A DNA stretch of 64,000 bases. Origin: Tubulanus polymorphus (Eukaryota; Animalia; Nemertea). Each line of letters begins with the position of its first letter. Within the stretch, counting starts at the first letter, position 1. Where the stretch lies: contig NC_134026.1 in NCBI RefSeq assembly GCF_964204645.1, positions 1,263,950 to 1,327,949 on the forward strand. The letters run 5' to 3'. Under the pieces are notes generated by a model, which was given only the letters and a program-made list of their open reading frames with translations, had not been told where the DNA came from and ran no database searches. Both the position numbers and the translations under genes were made by a program. This document shows positions 51,101 through 64,000 of this stretch, in pieces.

Positions 51101-53908
51101 CTGTGTTACAACGAACATCCGTTTGAAGACAGCGCGAAACTTCGAATAATCAATGCAAATTATACGATTCCCGAAACCGACAAAGACTATACAGTCGTTC
51201 ATGAACTTTTACGTAAGTCTTCAGTACGTTGAATCAAATTCCGATTAGAAGTTCAAGATTTTGAAGGTAAATATCTTCTTGCAGGGAGCATGTTACAAGT
51301 TGATCCGAAACTGCGACCGAGTATCAACGAACTCGTATCACGGTTACAGGAGATCGCAGCCGCACGAGCGATATCGCTGAAAGCTCCGATCACTATTTCA
51401 GATCAACAGAAAATCAATAGAGGTAAACAGAAAATATGATTTCCACTCGCGAATCATAATCACTTACTCAAATAAGTGCACTAGTTTCAATATTTTGTTT
51501 AGTTAACCCTTTCCATACTTGGAGATAACTCGAAAATATAGGAGTTTCACCCTGCAGTGCAGTGTATCAGTAGTTACTAATATTTACAATGTTTGGCAGG
51601 TGCTGTCGTCCTTCAATGGAGCTTTTATCTGATTAATAATAATAACCGCGCGATGGGGTAGAGGCAATAGGGTGGTTGGGTTGTACACCGCATAGCAGAA
51701 TACACGTAATGAATGAGTTGTTAGTCAATAGGCGTAGTTTTATAATCCTCTTATGTATTTCGTGTGTTTCTCTCAGATCCGGCGACACCCGAAAAACAGA
51801 TCTATTCCAGCGATGAGAAAATGTCTCCTCAACACGTTCCCAATCCTTCGAATAATCCACAACAACAGCAGCTTCCTTCAACGGCCGGCACAATGTTCAG
51901 CTATTTGAAAGGAGGTGCTGGAAGTCTGATGAAAAATATCAAAGACGCTTCTTCCAAAGTGATGGAAACAGTCTCCGCGTAAGTACTGAATAATGCATCG
52001 AAATCGACTAAGTTTACTTGATCGAAATAATTCATCGAATTTTTCTGAATTTGTTTTAGTTCTATGAACAAAGGAGACTTAGATATAAGCTACATAACTT
52101 CTCGATTACTTGGTAAGTTTGTATTTCTTCAGTAAACGTGAAGACTGGTGGTAGACTTACATAAAAACTACAAGCTTTCTAATAGTGCATAGCAGCTTCA
52201 TTAGGTAGCGAGTTAGCCTATAAATTTACTACCAGTCATCACAGTGACTTGTCACCAGGTGAACATGCAGGGTGGCCACTGACCTGGAAAACCTGGAAAG
52301 CTCAAGAGAATCAGAAAAATATAGAAAAGATTCATGGAAATCTCAGGGAATTTGACAAATTGTGCAAAAAACTAATTTGGATTTATGTTATTGACCACGT
52401 GTTTCTTTATCAATACATGATTCATTAAAAAATTAATTAATTGTAACATTTTAAACCAAGAAATCCCTCAGGATATGACTCGGGGAATTTCCTGTTATAA
52501 CTTGGAAAACTCATGGAATTTATTAGATTGGTGGAAAGTGGTGCCACCCTGACACAGCTCCTCTACAACAACTTTATATTTCTTGTAATTTTGTTCCCCC
52601 TAAATTATATACTTGTAAAATTAATCAGTGTTTCTGTATGTTTTAGTCATGTCATTCCCAGCAGAAGGTATAGAAACAGCATTCCGTAATCATATCGATG
52701 ATGTGCGATCATTCCTCGACAGCCGACACCCGAATGCCTATGCAGTTTACAATCTGACTACTAGGAGTTATAGACCGGTGAAATTTCAAAATCGAGTAAG
52801 AATTTCATTAAATGTGCAGAAAGCGTTTTGCAATCCCTGAACCCTTACGGTGCTGACTAATTAATACCTTACAGTGCTGGAGATACTGAAAATTTAGAAA
52901 AAAATTCCAATCCAGCGTGTTGAATAATGGGTTTTAGTGCTGCTTTTAGTGTGTCTACACCATCTAGACTATCGTCCATCACTGATTTATACACTGCATT
53001 ATGGTGTAATTGCACTGAAAAGATTAAAATCAATTTCTTCCATAATGATCGGTATTTAAAAATGTTTTTTGCAGGTATCGGAATGCGGTTGGCCCGGTAA
53101 AAAAGCGCCGACGTTGCAAAACCTGTTCGCTATTTGTAAGAATATGCATCTTTGGCTGCGACAAAATCCAAAAAATATCTGCGTAATTCATTGCCTTGTA
53201 AGTACATAGAAAACCTAGGGTACGTTTGTTTAGAACTAACTAATTACATGGTAGGTTTATTGAAAGATTGTATTTGTTTTGGCTGGTTTGTGAACTGATT
53301 TGCTAAAACTGACACTTTTGTTTTGTTGAAATCCTAAGCATTTGAGTAAACCAACCAAACCATCCTAATTCAACCCTCATTTATATCAAGTCTTTATATC
53401 TATTCTGTTACGTGTGATTTCAAAATCAATCGAGTTTAATTGAAAAATCTTGCGTTGTCTATTTCAGGATGGGAAGGCCTCATCAGCCACGGTAGTTGCA
53501 GCATTGTGCGCATTCTGTCATCTATTCGATAACGCATCTCCTACAATGCATTTATTCACAGCCAGACGCTGCAATCCGTACATAACTCCTTCACAAAAGA
53601 GGTATAAGAATTGATCACAATGCCTGCCGCTTGAGAAAAGGAATTCCTAATTATCTCGACCGTTTTTGTCACTAAACACCTCGATATCGATACGTTTCAG
53701 ATATATCAATTACGTTTGTGATATGATGCAAGATGATGTACCTACTGTGCCTCATCATAAACCGGTGATGATGGTGGCCCTGACGGTGCATCCTGTTCCG
53801 CTGTTTAATAGAATGAAGTAAGTATTCACATATCTCTAATGTTAAATTTAGATTTTCAATGTCCTTTTTCATTTGATGTAATTTTCAGTATTAGTGATAA
53901 TTCATTAA

Positions 53909-53983
<75 letters not shown>

Positions 53984-56900
53984 CGATTTAATTTGATTAT
54001 TTGTCGTAATCCTTTTTGCTGATACAGTTTCTACATCAATGTTTAATCATAGTTATATTTTTGAAGTACATTCACGTGTAGATTCAACTCTACTTTAAGC
54101 AAGTAATGTACATTTTTCGTGTATTTTTAAACCCCGAAAATCCTAAAGTTCTAACTTTATAACATTGACAGGGATGTCAGTAACTTACTGAGGCTGACTG
54201 ATAGTAGTAGTACTGTTATATACATAGAGACAGCTATAGCACATGTGATAATGGGCTTCTCGGGCCTTCATTAGTGCAGAACAATCACTGCCTGGCATTA
54301 ATGGCATCCCTGCGTTGACATTAGATTTATGCACTTCTCTCCTATCTGACAGCAGAAGGGTGAATTACAGGTTTTAATTGCCTCTTCAAATTTTTAGTTT
54401 TACGATATTCTCATATATATTTTTCGTTCATTTTGTTGATTTGATCTACCGGTATCTGTATCTGTCCTTAGCTTTATTTGCGTTTCTGAATCTGGTCACT
54501 CACTATATTTCTATTAAATTCAGTTTCATGCCTTTGCCAGCGTAAGTACATATATACATCATGCGCATGCTTAACCCCCCGCGTTCCCCCAATATCTAGT
54601 AATAACTTAAACTTATCTTGATTATTTGTGTTCATTTTGAAGTGATTTGAAGACTATTTGGTGATTAGAAAATCACTGGTGGAAGGTTTTTGACATGTAA
54701 AAAATCCCTCTTCATAATGCTACAGCATTGTAACTTTTGATATAGATTCTATTTTCCCATTTACATTTCCTCTTCATACCTCCTTTCATACATTTCCCTT
54801 CATTAAATCATTACCATGTACTGATAGCATGGTAATATTATAATCAAATATTGTGCCTTGTACTCATTGAAGTTTTCGATTGGTTCAAACAAGTTTTATA
54901 GTGAGAATTTCAAAGAATGACTCTGCCTCATGGTGAATCATGTTGATGTATAATTGTTTTGTCTTTTTAAAGGAATGGTTGTCGGCCGTTCGTTGAGATA
55001 TATCTCGGAGAAGATCGAATACTGACAACGTCTCAAGAATATGAAAAAATGAGGTAGCGATCAATTTGAAATTGATGTTTATTGGTCTCTCTCTAATCAA
55101 TGTTATTATTTTATATTCTAAAGGGGTTTCAACATTGAAGATAGAAAAGCATTAATACCTCTGAATATATCAGCCACAGGGGATGTGACTATTGTGGCTT
55201 ATCACGCTAGATCAACTTTCGGTGGCAAAGTTCAAGGGAAGGTAAGAATTCTATACATACACAGAGATGATGTTATCCTAAGGCTCAGTGATCTTTCCAC
55301 TTATTCATTGCTCAGTTCTTTAATCAATTATGTTCGAAGGTAATATGTATTGATTTTGCGCGTATGAATTTCAGATCACATCGGTGAAAATGTTCCAGTT
55401 ACAATTTCACACCGGTTTCATTCATGAACAGCAGACATTGCTGAAATTCAGATGGTGAGTTTTCATCCAATCAACAAAAAAGGAAGCTTTTCTGAAAATG
55501 ATATGAAATCCCACAATTAGAATGAAAAATATGACTGGTAGAGACTGGTATTAATCCCAGTATTTCTGAGTTAATGACAACAAAATTCACAGTTGATGAT
55601 TTAACAGTTTATTCTGACAGTTTCAACATTTTGACTAAAAGTTAAGTCAAAACTTTGAAACTGAAAGCTGTAATAAACTAATTGCTCAAGGAAATATTTT
55701 AAACTCGATTTTTTCATTCTAATATTGGGACTTGATCTTACAACATGGAGGACAAAGTGTTCCATCGATGGTTATCATTTCCAAGGTTGTGTTTTACAAG
55801 ATTGATCATTTTGATATCCTGATTTTTTTTTTTTCCAGTAAAGATTTAGATCAGCTGGACACGGAGGATAAATACCCGGATGGATTCTGCGTTACATTAG
55901 ACGTCGTCGTGTCGCCGAAAGAACGTCCAAAAATGGATCAAGTTTTCCCGTGGGATAATTTTGCGTCGAAAGCAATCAGTCCAAAGATTTTATTCGCGAG
56001 TCGAGAAGAACAACAACAAGTAACGAGAGACTACGGTAAATACGTTTGTTCATCTCTTTTGAAATGCTCTTTCTGACAATCTCCTTGCAGTCGACCTACG
56101 CAGCCATTTGCGACCAGTTACAAATGATCTAGCCACAAGTCGACATGTGACAGGTGCTGCCATCTTTCAATAGAGATAAAAAACTAATTACTTATTACAA
56201 CAGTACACCGAGACGTACTAGCAAAATCCGTCACCAATCTATACACTGCACCGTGGTGTAGATGTACTGATATGTTTATGGCCATTGAAACTGTAGCGGA
56301 TTTCTTTAAATGACACGTTCTATTGCCACATTAGCTTATCGGAAAACATTCTACATTTTTTCTAAGGCATCAAATAATAGAATGTAAAATCTCTGTCTAA
56401 TTTGTATATTTTCAGGTGATCGTAATTCTTCGAGAAAACGAACAAGTCGATCTTCGAGCATCGCATCGAATGAAGCAATGTTCGAACCGAAACAACAAAA
56501 CACGCCGACCGATTCACCGGCACATCGACCTTCACCTCAACGAGAGCGTAAAAACGACGAATCAGCCGTCAAAAATCAACAATCGAACGCGCGAAAAGTG
56601 GACGGCAACGGCAGCACGGATTTCTTCAAAACGTTGAACTGGGATGCGGAAGACACAGCGGCGTCGAAACCCGTCGCGTCTCCAGCGAGGACGCGCAAAA
56701 ATACGAATGATAGTTTAGAAAGCGAATTCGCGTCTTTAACGACGGAACGCGTGAAGAGCGGCGTCTCGTCGTCGACGGCAACAGCGCAAGACTTACAAGA
56801 AGAATCGAGGCACACGAACGGCGAATCTGCGAATTTATTCGACGCCAACTTTGACGATAATCTCAACGAAAAACAACCGGAGGTCGAAGTCGATCTTCTT

Positions 56901-58935
56901 AATATGAACTCCGTGAGCGGATCGGCCGGTGTTGATTTGTTAACTACGCCGAAAGAGCCGTCAAATATCGACTTATTGATGGGAACCGGGAATTCTGCAT
57001 CAAACGCCACCAGTTTATTAGGCGAGGATTTCAGCGGGTTTTCCGAACCGGCGCCGAGCGGAGTGTTTGATCCATTCGGTATTTCTAGTCGAAACGACGT
57101 GAACGACGGAGATTCATTCGCGATGTTCAACACCGATATGAACGCTAAACAGAAACAGTCGCAAAAACAAAATGATAATTTCGATCCATTCCATAGCAAT
57201 TCTCAGCAGCAGCAGCCGCTGCAGCAGCAGCAGCAGCATAATAACGCAAACTCGGCTAAACTAGGTGGTGGAACCGGGTTCGATAGTTTCGACCCGTTTA
57301 ACACACTCACCGGCGCAAATTCAAACACTGACAATAACAACCTGTTCCAAGGCAATCCGCCGAGAAAAAATAAAAGTACGAATGACCTGTTCGGAGAAAT
57401 GATGCAGTCTTCGCAGCCGAGTGGAGGAGATTTGCTCGGGAATTGGGGCAGTTCCGCTTTCGGGATTCCGCAGAATTCGAGTCCCAGCCACGGAAATTCG
57501 GTGCCACGACCTAGAAGTACAACGCCTAAATCAACCCCCGGTGACCCATTCGCTGATTTAGGTAAGTTATATTTTCATCGAATATGAGTAAATGAACAGA
57601 CAGAACTAAAGTCAGTCTTGGAACTGATTTGCATTGTTCATTTGCATTAATGTCGTGTCTGTTATCATCATTCAGGTAATCTTAGTGGATTGTCGAATAA
57701 TGGATTGTCGAAACCAGTTCCGCAAAAATCAGCAGCTGGCACCAATTCACCCTCGTGGCAATCACCTCTTCACACTTCTAAACCTCAAACACAACAACAG
57801 GGTCAGTTATAATGTTATTGCCGTTTCATGCTTCAGTTCAGATTCTGTTGTAGTCCTAATTCAACGAGTGAAGTTACTCTCATTCATGGTGTCTTAAAAC
57901 TGACCCGATTTATTTTACTATTTAGGTTCCTGGCAGCAACCGAAACCGAATAATCATCAACAGCCTGCAGCTGCTGCTGCTGCTGCTGCCCAACCAGCCG
58001 GTCCACAACAGCCTAACTATAATAGATCAAACTTTGCCAGTGTGATTGGACAGAGAGAGGAAAGAGGTGCCAATAAGCCATTTGGTAAGACATCAGTGCT
58101 TCATATCAGAACCATGTTTTCTAATATTGAAAATGAATTTTCTTGTCGCCTTGTATTTGCTTGTAAGGTGTCCTTGAAATATCCTAAGCATCATTTTTTG
58201 GACGAAATATCGAATTTTTCAGGCCCAAAACCAAAAGTTACAGGAGATACATTTGGTGATTTGCTCGGAGGGCATTCGTTCACGGCGGGCAAATCCAGGG
58301 AACCGAAAACAATGAAAGAAATGCGTAAAGAACAAACCGCAAAATGCACCGATCCAGAAAAACTGAAGGTATTCATAATAAATACTGAGATAATGATCTT
58401 TCCACGTAATGAAATAGTATTTATAGCGTTAAATACTGTTGAAATTATAGGTGCAAGAATGGATAGAAGGCAAAGAGCGAAACCTACGAGCCTTACTGTG
58501 TTCCCTTCACACGGTTCTGTGGGACGAGGAATCGCGCTGGAAAGAAGTCGGAATGCATCAGCTGGTTACAGCGGACCAAGTTAAAAAATTTTACCGAAAA
58601 GCTGTACTTAGCGTTCACCCTGATAAAGTGAGTTCAGTCACTAAGATACAGACAGAAAGACACTTGAATAAGGATTATGTATTAGATGTTCATAATATGT
58701 AATTAGATATGAGTTGGTTTTAGGGAGAGAACTGTTATATCATCAACTGTGGCTTTTACTCATCAACTTTGTAAATACTGAGATTAATATCAGGCTACCT
58801 GTTATGCTAAATTGTCGTTGATTTTTGTTGCAGCTTGCTGGGACACCGCAGGAGAGTATAGCTAAACTAATATTTATGGAATTAAGCGACGCGTGGGCTG
58901 AATTCGAAGAAACCGGTATGCAGTCGCTGTATTAA
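48104..58935 (+). CDS. GAK: Cyclin G-associated kinase/auxilin-2 (NAK kinase, PTEN-like, C2, DPF/DLL clathrin-binding region, J domain), ~25 exons (48104-48236, 49121-49182, 49289-49348, 49630-49744, 50284-50423, 50616-50741, 50891-50980, 51077-51212 ... 56416-57561 ... 58451-58627, 58834-58935)
   Basis: [28 protein letters not shown]; IIHRDLKIEN; KLCDFGSA; [10 protein letters not shown]; [11 protein letters not shown]; HCLDGKASS; [29 protein letters not shown]. Confidence 0.96.
48698..48914. mobile_element. 217-bp MITE with 8-bp TSD (aagtctta), Merlin-like GGTAA termini
   Basis: aagtctta|ggtaaaagtgcagatccgcgcctct ... agaggtgcggatctgcacttttacc|aagtctta. Confidence 0.88.
49349..49629 (+). other. 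U12-type (minor spliceosome) GT-AG intron in GAK
   Basis: 5' site GTATCCTTT; branch-like TTTCCTTCAT with its A 12 nt before the 3' end; no polypyrimidine tract. Confidence 0.8.
49820..50137. mobile_element. Inverted-repeat-bounded element with internal B-box
   Basis: tagctccatcctcgct ... agcgaggatgtgcta; minus-strand GGTTCGAATCCC at ~49859-49870. Confidence 0.55.
52268..52550. mobile_element. MITE family C copy in GAK intron
   Basis: cagggtggccac ... gtgccaccctg; acctggaaa/cagggaattt motifs. Confidence 0.7.
53910..53980. repeat. (TA)n microsatellite
   Basis: Direct reading. Confidence 0.95.
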
Positions 58936-61900
58936 AAACTCATCACATTTACAAACGGAATGCAATAATGAATGTTTAGTTTAGACACAACGAGTAATGA
59001 TTGAGTGTTCCAGTTCGGCATCGGTGACCAACACCGATACGCTCTTATGGATATATTCTACAAAACTAACTGATCAAGGAGACAGTAACGCAACTGTTAA
59101 AACATGACATTAGTTTATGGTCAAGTTTTGTTATAACCTGTGTGTGTACTTAGGGTTTTATACATTACAAACGTCTACGTGTTATCATAACAACATCATC
59201 ATCATCGGAATCATAGAGAGTCATTTTAATTAGTGAGTTAGTTAGTTCAAGTAGTTGATTAGCTTTGAGATCATTATATTATTTAATTGCTCAGGATTGA
59301 ATATTGAGAATTGTTGAATTCTGTTGTTACAATGTTTAATTGTGTGTGGTTGCGGCCAAAATCTAGTCTTTAGAGAGAAAATACATCGTTATTATTCATG
59401 TCATAGCATGAAATGAGAAAGTGGTTTTATCCGGGGATGAAACCTTGGACAATCGTTATGATACGTGGATCGCTATATCATTAATTGATGAATATGTATT
59501 TAGGGAAATAGTATAGGAAAGTAGTAGCCTACATGTATGATAAAACAAAAGATCTAAATCTAGACGTAGATAGTAATCGTATAGGCCCTGTATTACGTCA
59601 CTGTCGAATGCATAGCTGCCTTCACAGTGCTATTACAAGTGCATCAACTGAAGTATTGTGTTGATTACCGCAGTAATCAATGAAGCAATTCTTCCTTCAT
59701 AGTATAATCAGGTTGACTGTAAGTTCTCGTGAATTCTCAGTGACTGTGACAGCGACACTTGTTTCTCTCAGTGTGTGATGATTGCATGTATATTTATGAT
59801 AAAATAGATCACAAACTACGCTTAACAATTTTGATGGAAAACTGGTGTATTCTCGATGTACAAAATAACAAACGCACAATTAATGATATCTCACATTTAT
59901 TATTCTAATGGTTTACGATATCTTAATCTGATCTTCACACAAATAGCTATGATAAATATAATAATAGACAGTATTACTATATCATGTGTGTGTATATAAC
60001 AGCTATCTGTAATATGCTATCTGTTATTATGATATTTATCATGTTCCTCTGAAGATGAGGTTTAGGTTAATTTCGGAACTGTCAGAATGATAAACCTACG
60101 ATATTGTCAATTGTGAGATTGTTCACTTAATTAATACATGTATCAATCAAATACACTATGATATATTCCCAATGAATTCACACATGATAGTAAAGGGTAT
60201 ATAGAATATATAGTGCTGTGTAGTTTAAGTATTGTAGTTATAGCAAGCTTGTGCCATGATGATGTTCATTTTATGTTTTTGTTGTTGAAGTTGCGGCGTA
60301 TTTTTAGAGCGATTCGAATGAAAGTGTCCTCTACATCCCTTGTCCATTCCGACTAATGCTTTGAGTTGATCTCATCAAAACTAAAATACAAAAAAATGTA
60401 GAAATAATGTACATTTTGAATGAGTTTGGAAAATCATGGAACATTATATTTATTTATTGTTATTTATCACGCAAAAAGAAGGCATTCTTTGAAAACTATT
60501 TACATTTCAACGCTGAATAATTTGATGATTGTTTAGTGATGTCATACAAAAAATACTGAATGAAGTTATATTTGCCTAAGCTAGATGTTTCGAGTCATCG
60601 CTTCCTGGTTACCATATATGCTTTACGATAATAATTCATAGCTTCAAAAGCTACTGTCACATTCGAATTGATCGAGGATTAGTGGGAGACATGAGAAAGT
60701 TGGACTCCGCTGACCTCGGAATAGTTGGACTATCAAATCTTGTTCTTGAGTTATAAGTGATATTTTGACCGAATAAGAACTACTTGTAATAGAAAATATG
60801 CAACGTATAAACGTTCAATTAGGAGCTTGCAATAAATGAATGAAGTGAATTCGAGGTCAGTGGTTGACTGAACTACCGCGTAATACGTCTATTGATGATG
60901 TTATTTCTAGCTGGGAAGAATTATTTATTTTTGAGCAAAGCAGATTTAGCTGTGATATTCAATGTGAAACAGTTTTCACCATGTTGCTAAATGTAAATAG
61001 GCTGCTAAATTGTCATCAACAATTCACAGATTTTGCAATGACCTATTTCCAGTTTTCCCTTAATTTATCTTCATTACTGATTAATTTCTGAGCTGAGCTT
61101 TAACTATCATTATTGGTATGATCTAGAGTGATTGTTTATCAGATTTTGTGAATGCTGTATTTAACTTGCTTTGCCCCTCATCATACCGGTAGGCTGCCTA
61201 CATCATTTTGAAAAGTAAGTTTTTAGAATTTTGAATCTTACATCAGATCATAATCATTTATGTTCGTAGTTTGAATTACTTTTCATTAATGATAATATTT
61301 TAAAAACTTTATTTTAAGTTTTTGTTGTGTTACTGGTTTTATAAATCGTGTAGTTACAAACCCAATGGCTATCGTAAATCTCAAAGTAACAATTGAATAA
61401 GTTGAAAGGTTTTCGCTGGGGTTTGGTTTGTACCAATCTATATAAAACCAGGTTGAAATGATTATTTACATTCCGTTGTATAATGGTTAATTTTAAATGA
61501 ATCATGGACACATTGACCACCTCGATTACTCAATGACTGTATATTTGACTAGATGTATATTGTATATAATAAAAATGTGAAATTATATGTGAAAATATAT
61601 GTTAAACTGTGTTCAACAAATATATTTTCTTTGGATTTTTCTTTGAATCGCAGGAAGGATTTCTTTTGGTAGGCTGTCATCTCTTTACAGACACCATGCA
61701 ACCACGGAGCAGTCCCTCAAGATTATCATTTTTCTTTTTCAAAGGAATTAATGGACAATTTGTATTCAATTAAGATTAACTATGATTAAATTTTTTACAT
61801 ATTTCAATAATTAGGAGCTATTGTATATTAAGAGTAGTGAGAGAGCCTATTAGACAAAGACACCTCGGAGTAATTACGGTAATTAATTACTCTGATAGCA

Positions 61901-62471
61901 TTATGTACTCAAAAGGAGAGAGAGGACAGGCACATTCTTGCTGCTGGAATGTTTGTTTGTTTATTAATTAGAATTAATAGTCGATGCTTTCGTCATGACA
62001 ACCTTTATTAACGCAATACACCGATTGGCTCAGCGCGTACCACGTGACCCCTGATGTTTCAAACATGGATGACATTTCGAGTGATAGAGCTAGGTTCATT
62101 AGCTCTTCGGATTAATCGCTATTTCTGCCCGACCATCGACACTACGAGGAATTAAAGCGCGTTGATAGCTGCAATATCATGCCAGGAATCGTGCTGAACT
62201 ATCGCATCTCAACCATTACTCCCGAATCGTGTGGAAAATAGGATATAAACGCTGTATGGAACGTATTTGACATTTCCGGGTTCCCTCACTTCACTGTTTT
62301 GCGTATTTCGACCATCATTGATTTGTTATTGTTGTTGACTAGATCGTCTTCTATTGTGATCTATCCCTCGACCTCTGTAGCTAGGATAACTGTGGTCTCA
62401 ATTATCTAACGGTACATTATTTAAACGGCTCTCCACCAATCCATATGTGGAGAACATCACCTTCTTCAATA

Positions 62472-62998
62472 ATGGCTGATGATAATGACATTATTGGCAG
62501 TGCTTCAGAATTCATAAAAGGTAAGTAAAGTAAAGCCCTGCATGAAAAATCGTAAAGTGTTTTATCAATGGAGGTAGCAGATATTTTATTTATGTAGTCT
62601 GCATTATCAGATTTGTTAATGACAACTTTTACCGGTTAGTCCTAGGGTAATAGACACCTTGGTTGTCGTTCAGTGTCAAAATAGAATTTCAGAATCTGAT
62701 GATGTCGATGTCTTTTTCAGATCGTCTTTACTTTGCAACCCTTCGAACAAAACCACGATCAACTGCACATACGCATTATTTCTGCGTAGATGATGAACTA
62801 GTCTATGAAAAGTAGGTGACCTAACCCACGCCCCATAGGCCTAGCGGCTCCCCGGACCCTAAGTCGTATTTGCAGTAAATAGGCCTATACCAAGGTTATA
62901 AAATCATTTCCCTTTTTTGCAGTTTCTATGCAGACTTTGGACCTTTGAATCTGGCTCAATTGTACAGATATTGCTGTAAATTAAATAAAAAGTTAAAG
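62472..62998 (+). CDS. CDC14A: CDC14 dual-specificity phosphatase, first three coding exons (62472-62520, 62721-62811, 62923-62998); continues beyond window
   Basis: [60 protein letters not shown]. Confidence 0.93.
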
Positions 62999-64000
62999 GT
63001 AAGAAATTCTTAATTAGGCCTGTGCTACATGATTCAAATATAATATATCAATTGACCACCATATTCCCTGCTTCCTTTTATTTCGTAGTAGGCTTCAAAT
63101 TAGATAGCTTTAATTTATCTGCATTTTACCAGTATTCATTTGAGCTATCAAAAATTGTAAGATAAATCTATCTTCAGAGAACTGCGCTTGATAAATATTG
63201 TTTGAACAAATAAAACTACATTTTTAAGTAATTTTTTGTTTTGAAGAATAAAAGAGTAAGTAGATAATATTGTACCGATCACAATGACAGACTCTCGGCG
63301 TTGTCTTTATGTTCGACCACTCACAAATATTGGACAGACAAAGTTTGGGACCTGTTTTTATTTGTATTTGAATTAAAATTCAGTGTCTGTATTATAATAG
63401 CATTTAGCCTGATTATTCAATTCATATAACCTACATTCTTTATTTCCGAAATTTCTAGTTTAATGTACTTAGATAATCCAGCAATTAGCCCGAGCTAATA
63501 AATCATTTTATCAGGGTAAACTGGTGAATTCTTCATACGGTTTTAAATTATCGATAATGGTTGTACAGGATATATAACATAAGATACCTACTGGTCTAAC
63601 CTTTGAAATATCTATATGTAAAGATTTCTGGAAACTTTACAGGCATCAGATGAATGCTGCGAGCAGCTACCTATTGGTGCTCGCCTGGCTAATCAGTGGA
63701 GCGGTATTTATTTTGAGGATGTGAGTGGATATGTATCGAGCATGATCCCATATTGACTGATAGAAAAACTGTTTACGTATTTAACAGCTAGCCGTAATAC
63801 GGACTGACGTATTCTTAGAGAAAAATAAACTCGCATCTAAACCGGAATCTAGATGACGATATTTAGCTCTATAGGTCTATCAACGTATTCATTCGTATCT
63901 GGTCTCTTTCATACAGGAATGCTTTCACTTTCAATTTTCATATATACAAGAATCACAAATCCTCAGATTTACTCTCCATTTTAATATATAAGGGAAAGGA

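Overview
AT-rich, intron-rich animal genomic DNA, probably from an invertebrate (inference); it is not prokaryotic, so most short ORFs in the track are spurious. Manual splicing recovers these genes in order: the 5' end of an unidentified minus-strand gene running off the left edge; FAM53 (-); an R3HCC1/R3HCC1L-family gene (+) with a frameshifted intronless GPCR nested in an intron; a C2H2 zinc-finger gene (-); RNF139/TRC8 (-) head-to-head with its paralog RNF145 (+); DNAAF11/LRRC6 (-) head-to-head with GAK (+); and the first exons of CDC14 (+). Introns and intergenic DNA hold MITEs, tRNA-derived SINE heads, a LINE remnant, minisatellites and a ~780-bp GA tract. Top observations: a probable non-AUG (GUG) start for the R3HCC1 gene, the divergent RNF139/RNF145 pair sharing a 341-bp spacer, a U12-type intron and a candidate 18-nt microexon in GAK, and a 76-bp tandem array with Pol III box-like motifs invaded by MITEs. 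Gene names rest on recalled protein motifs, not database searches.
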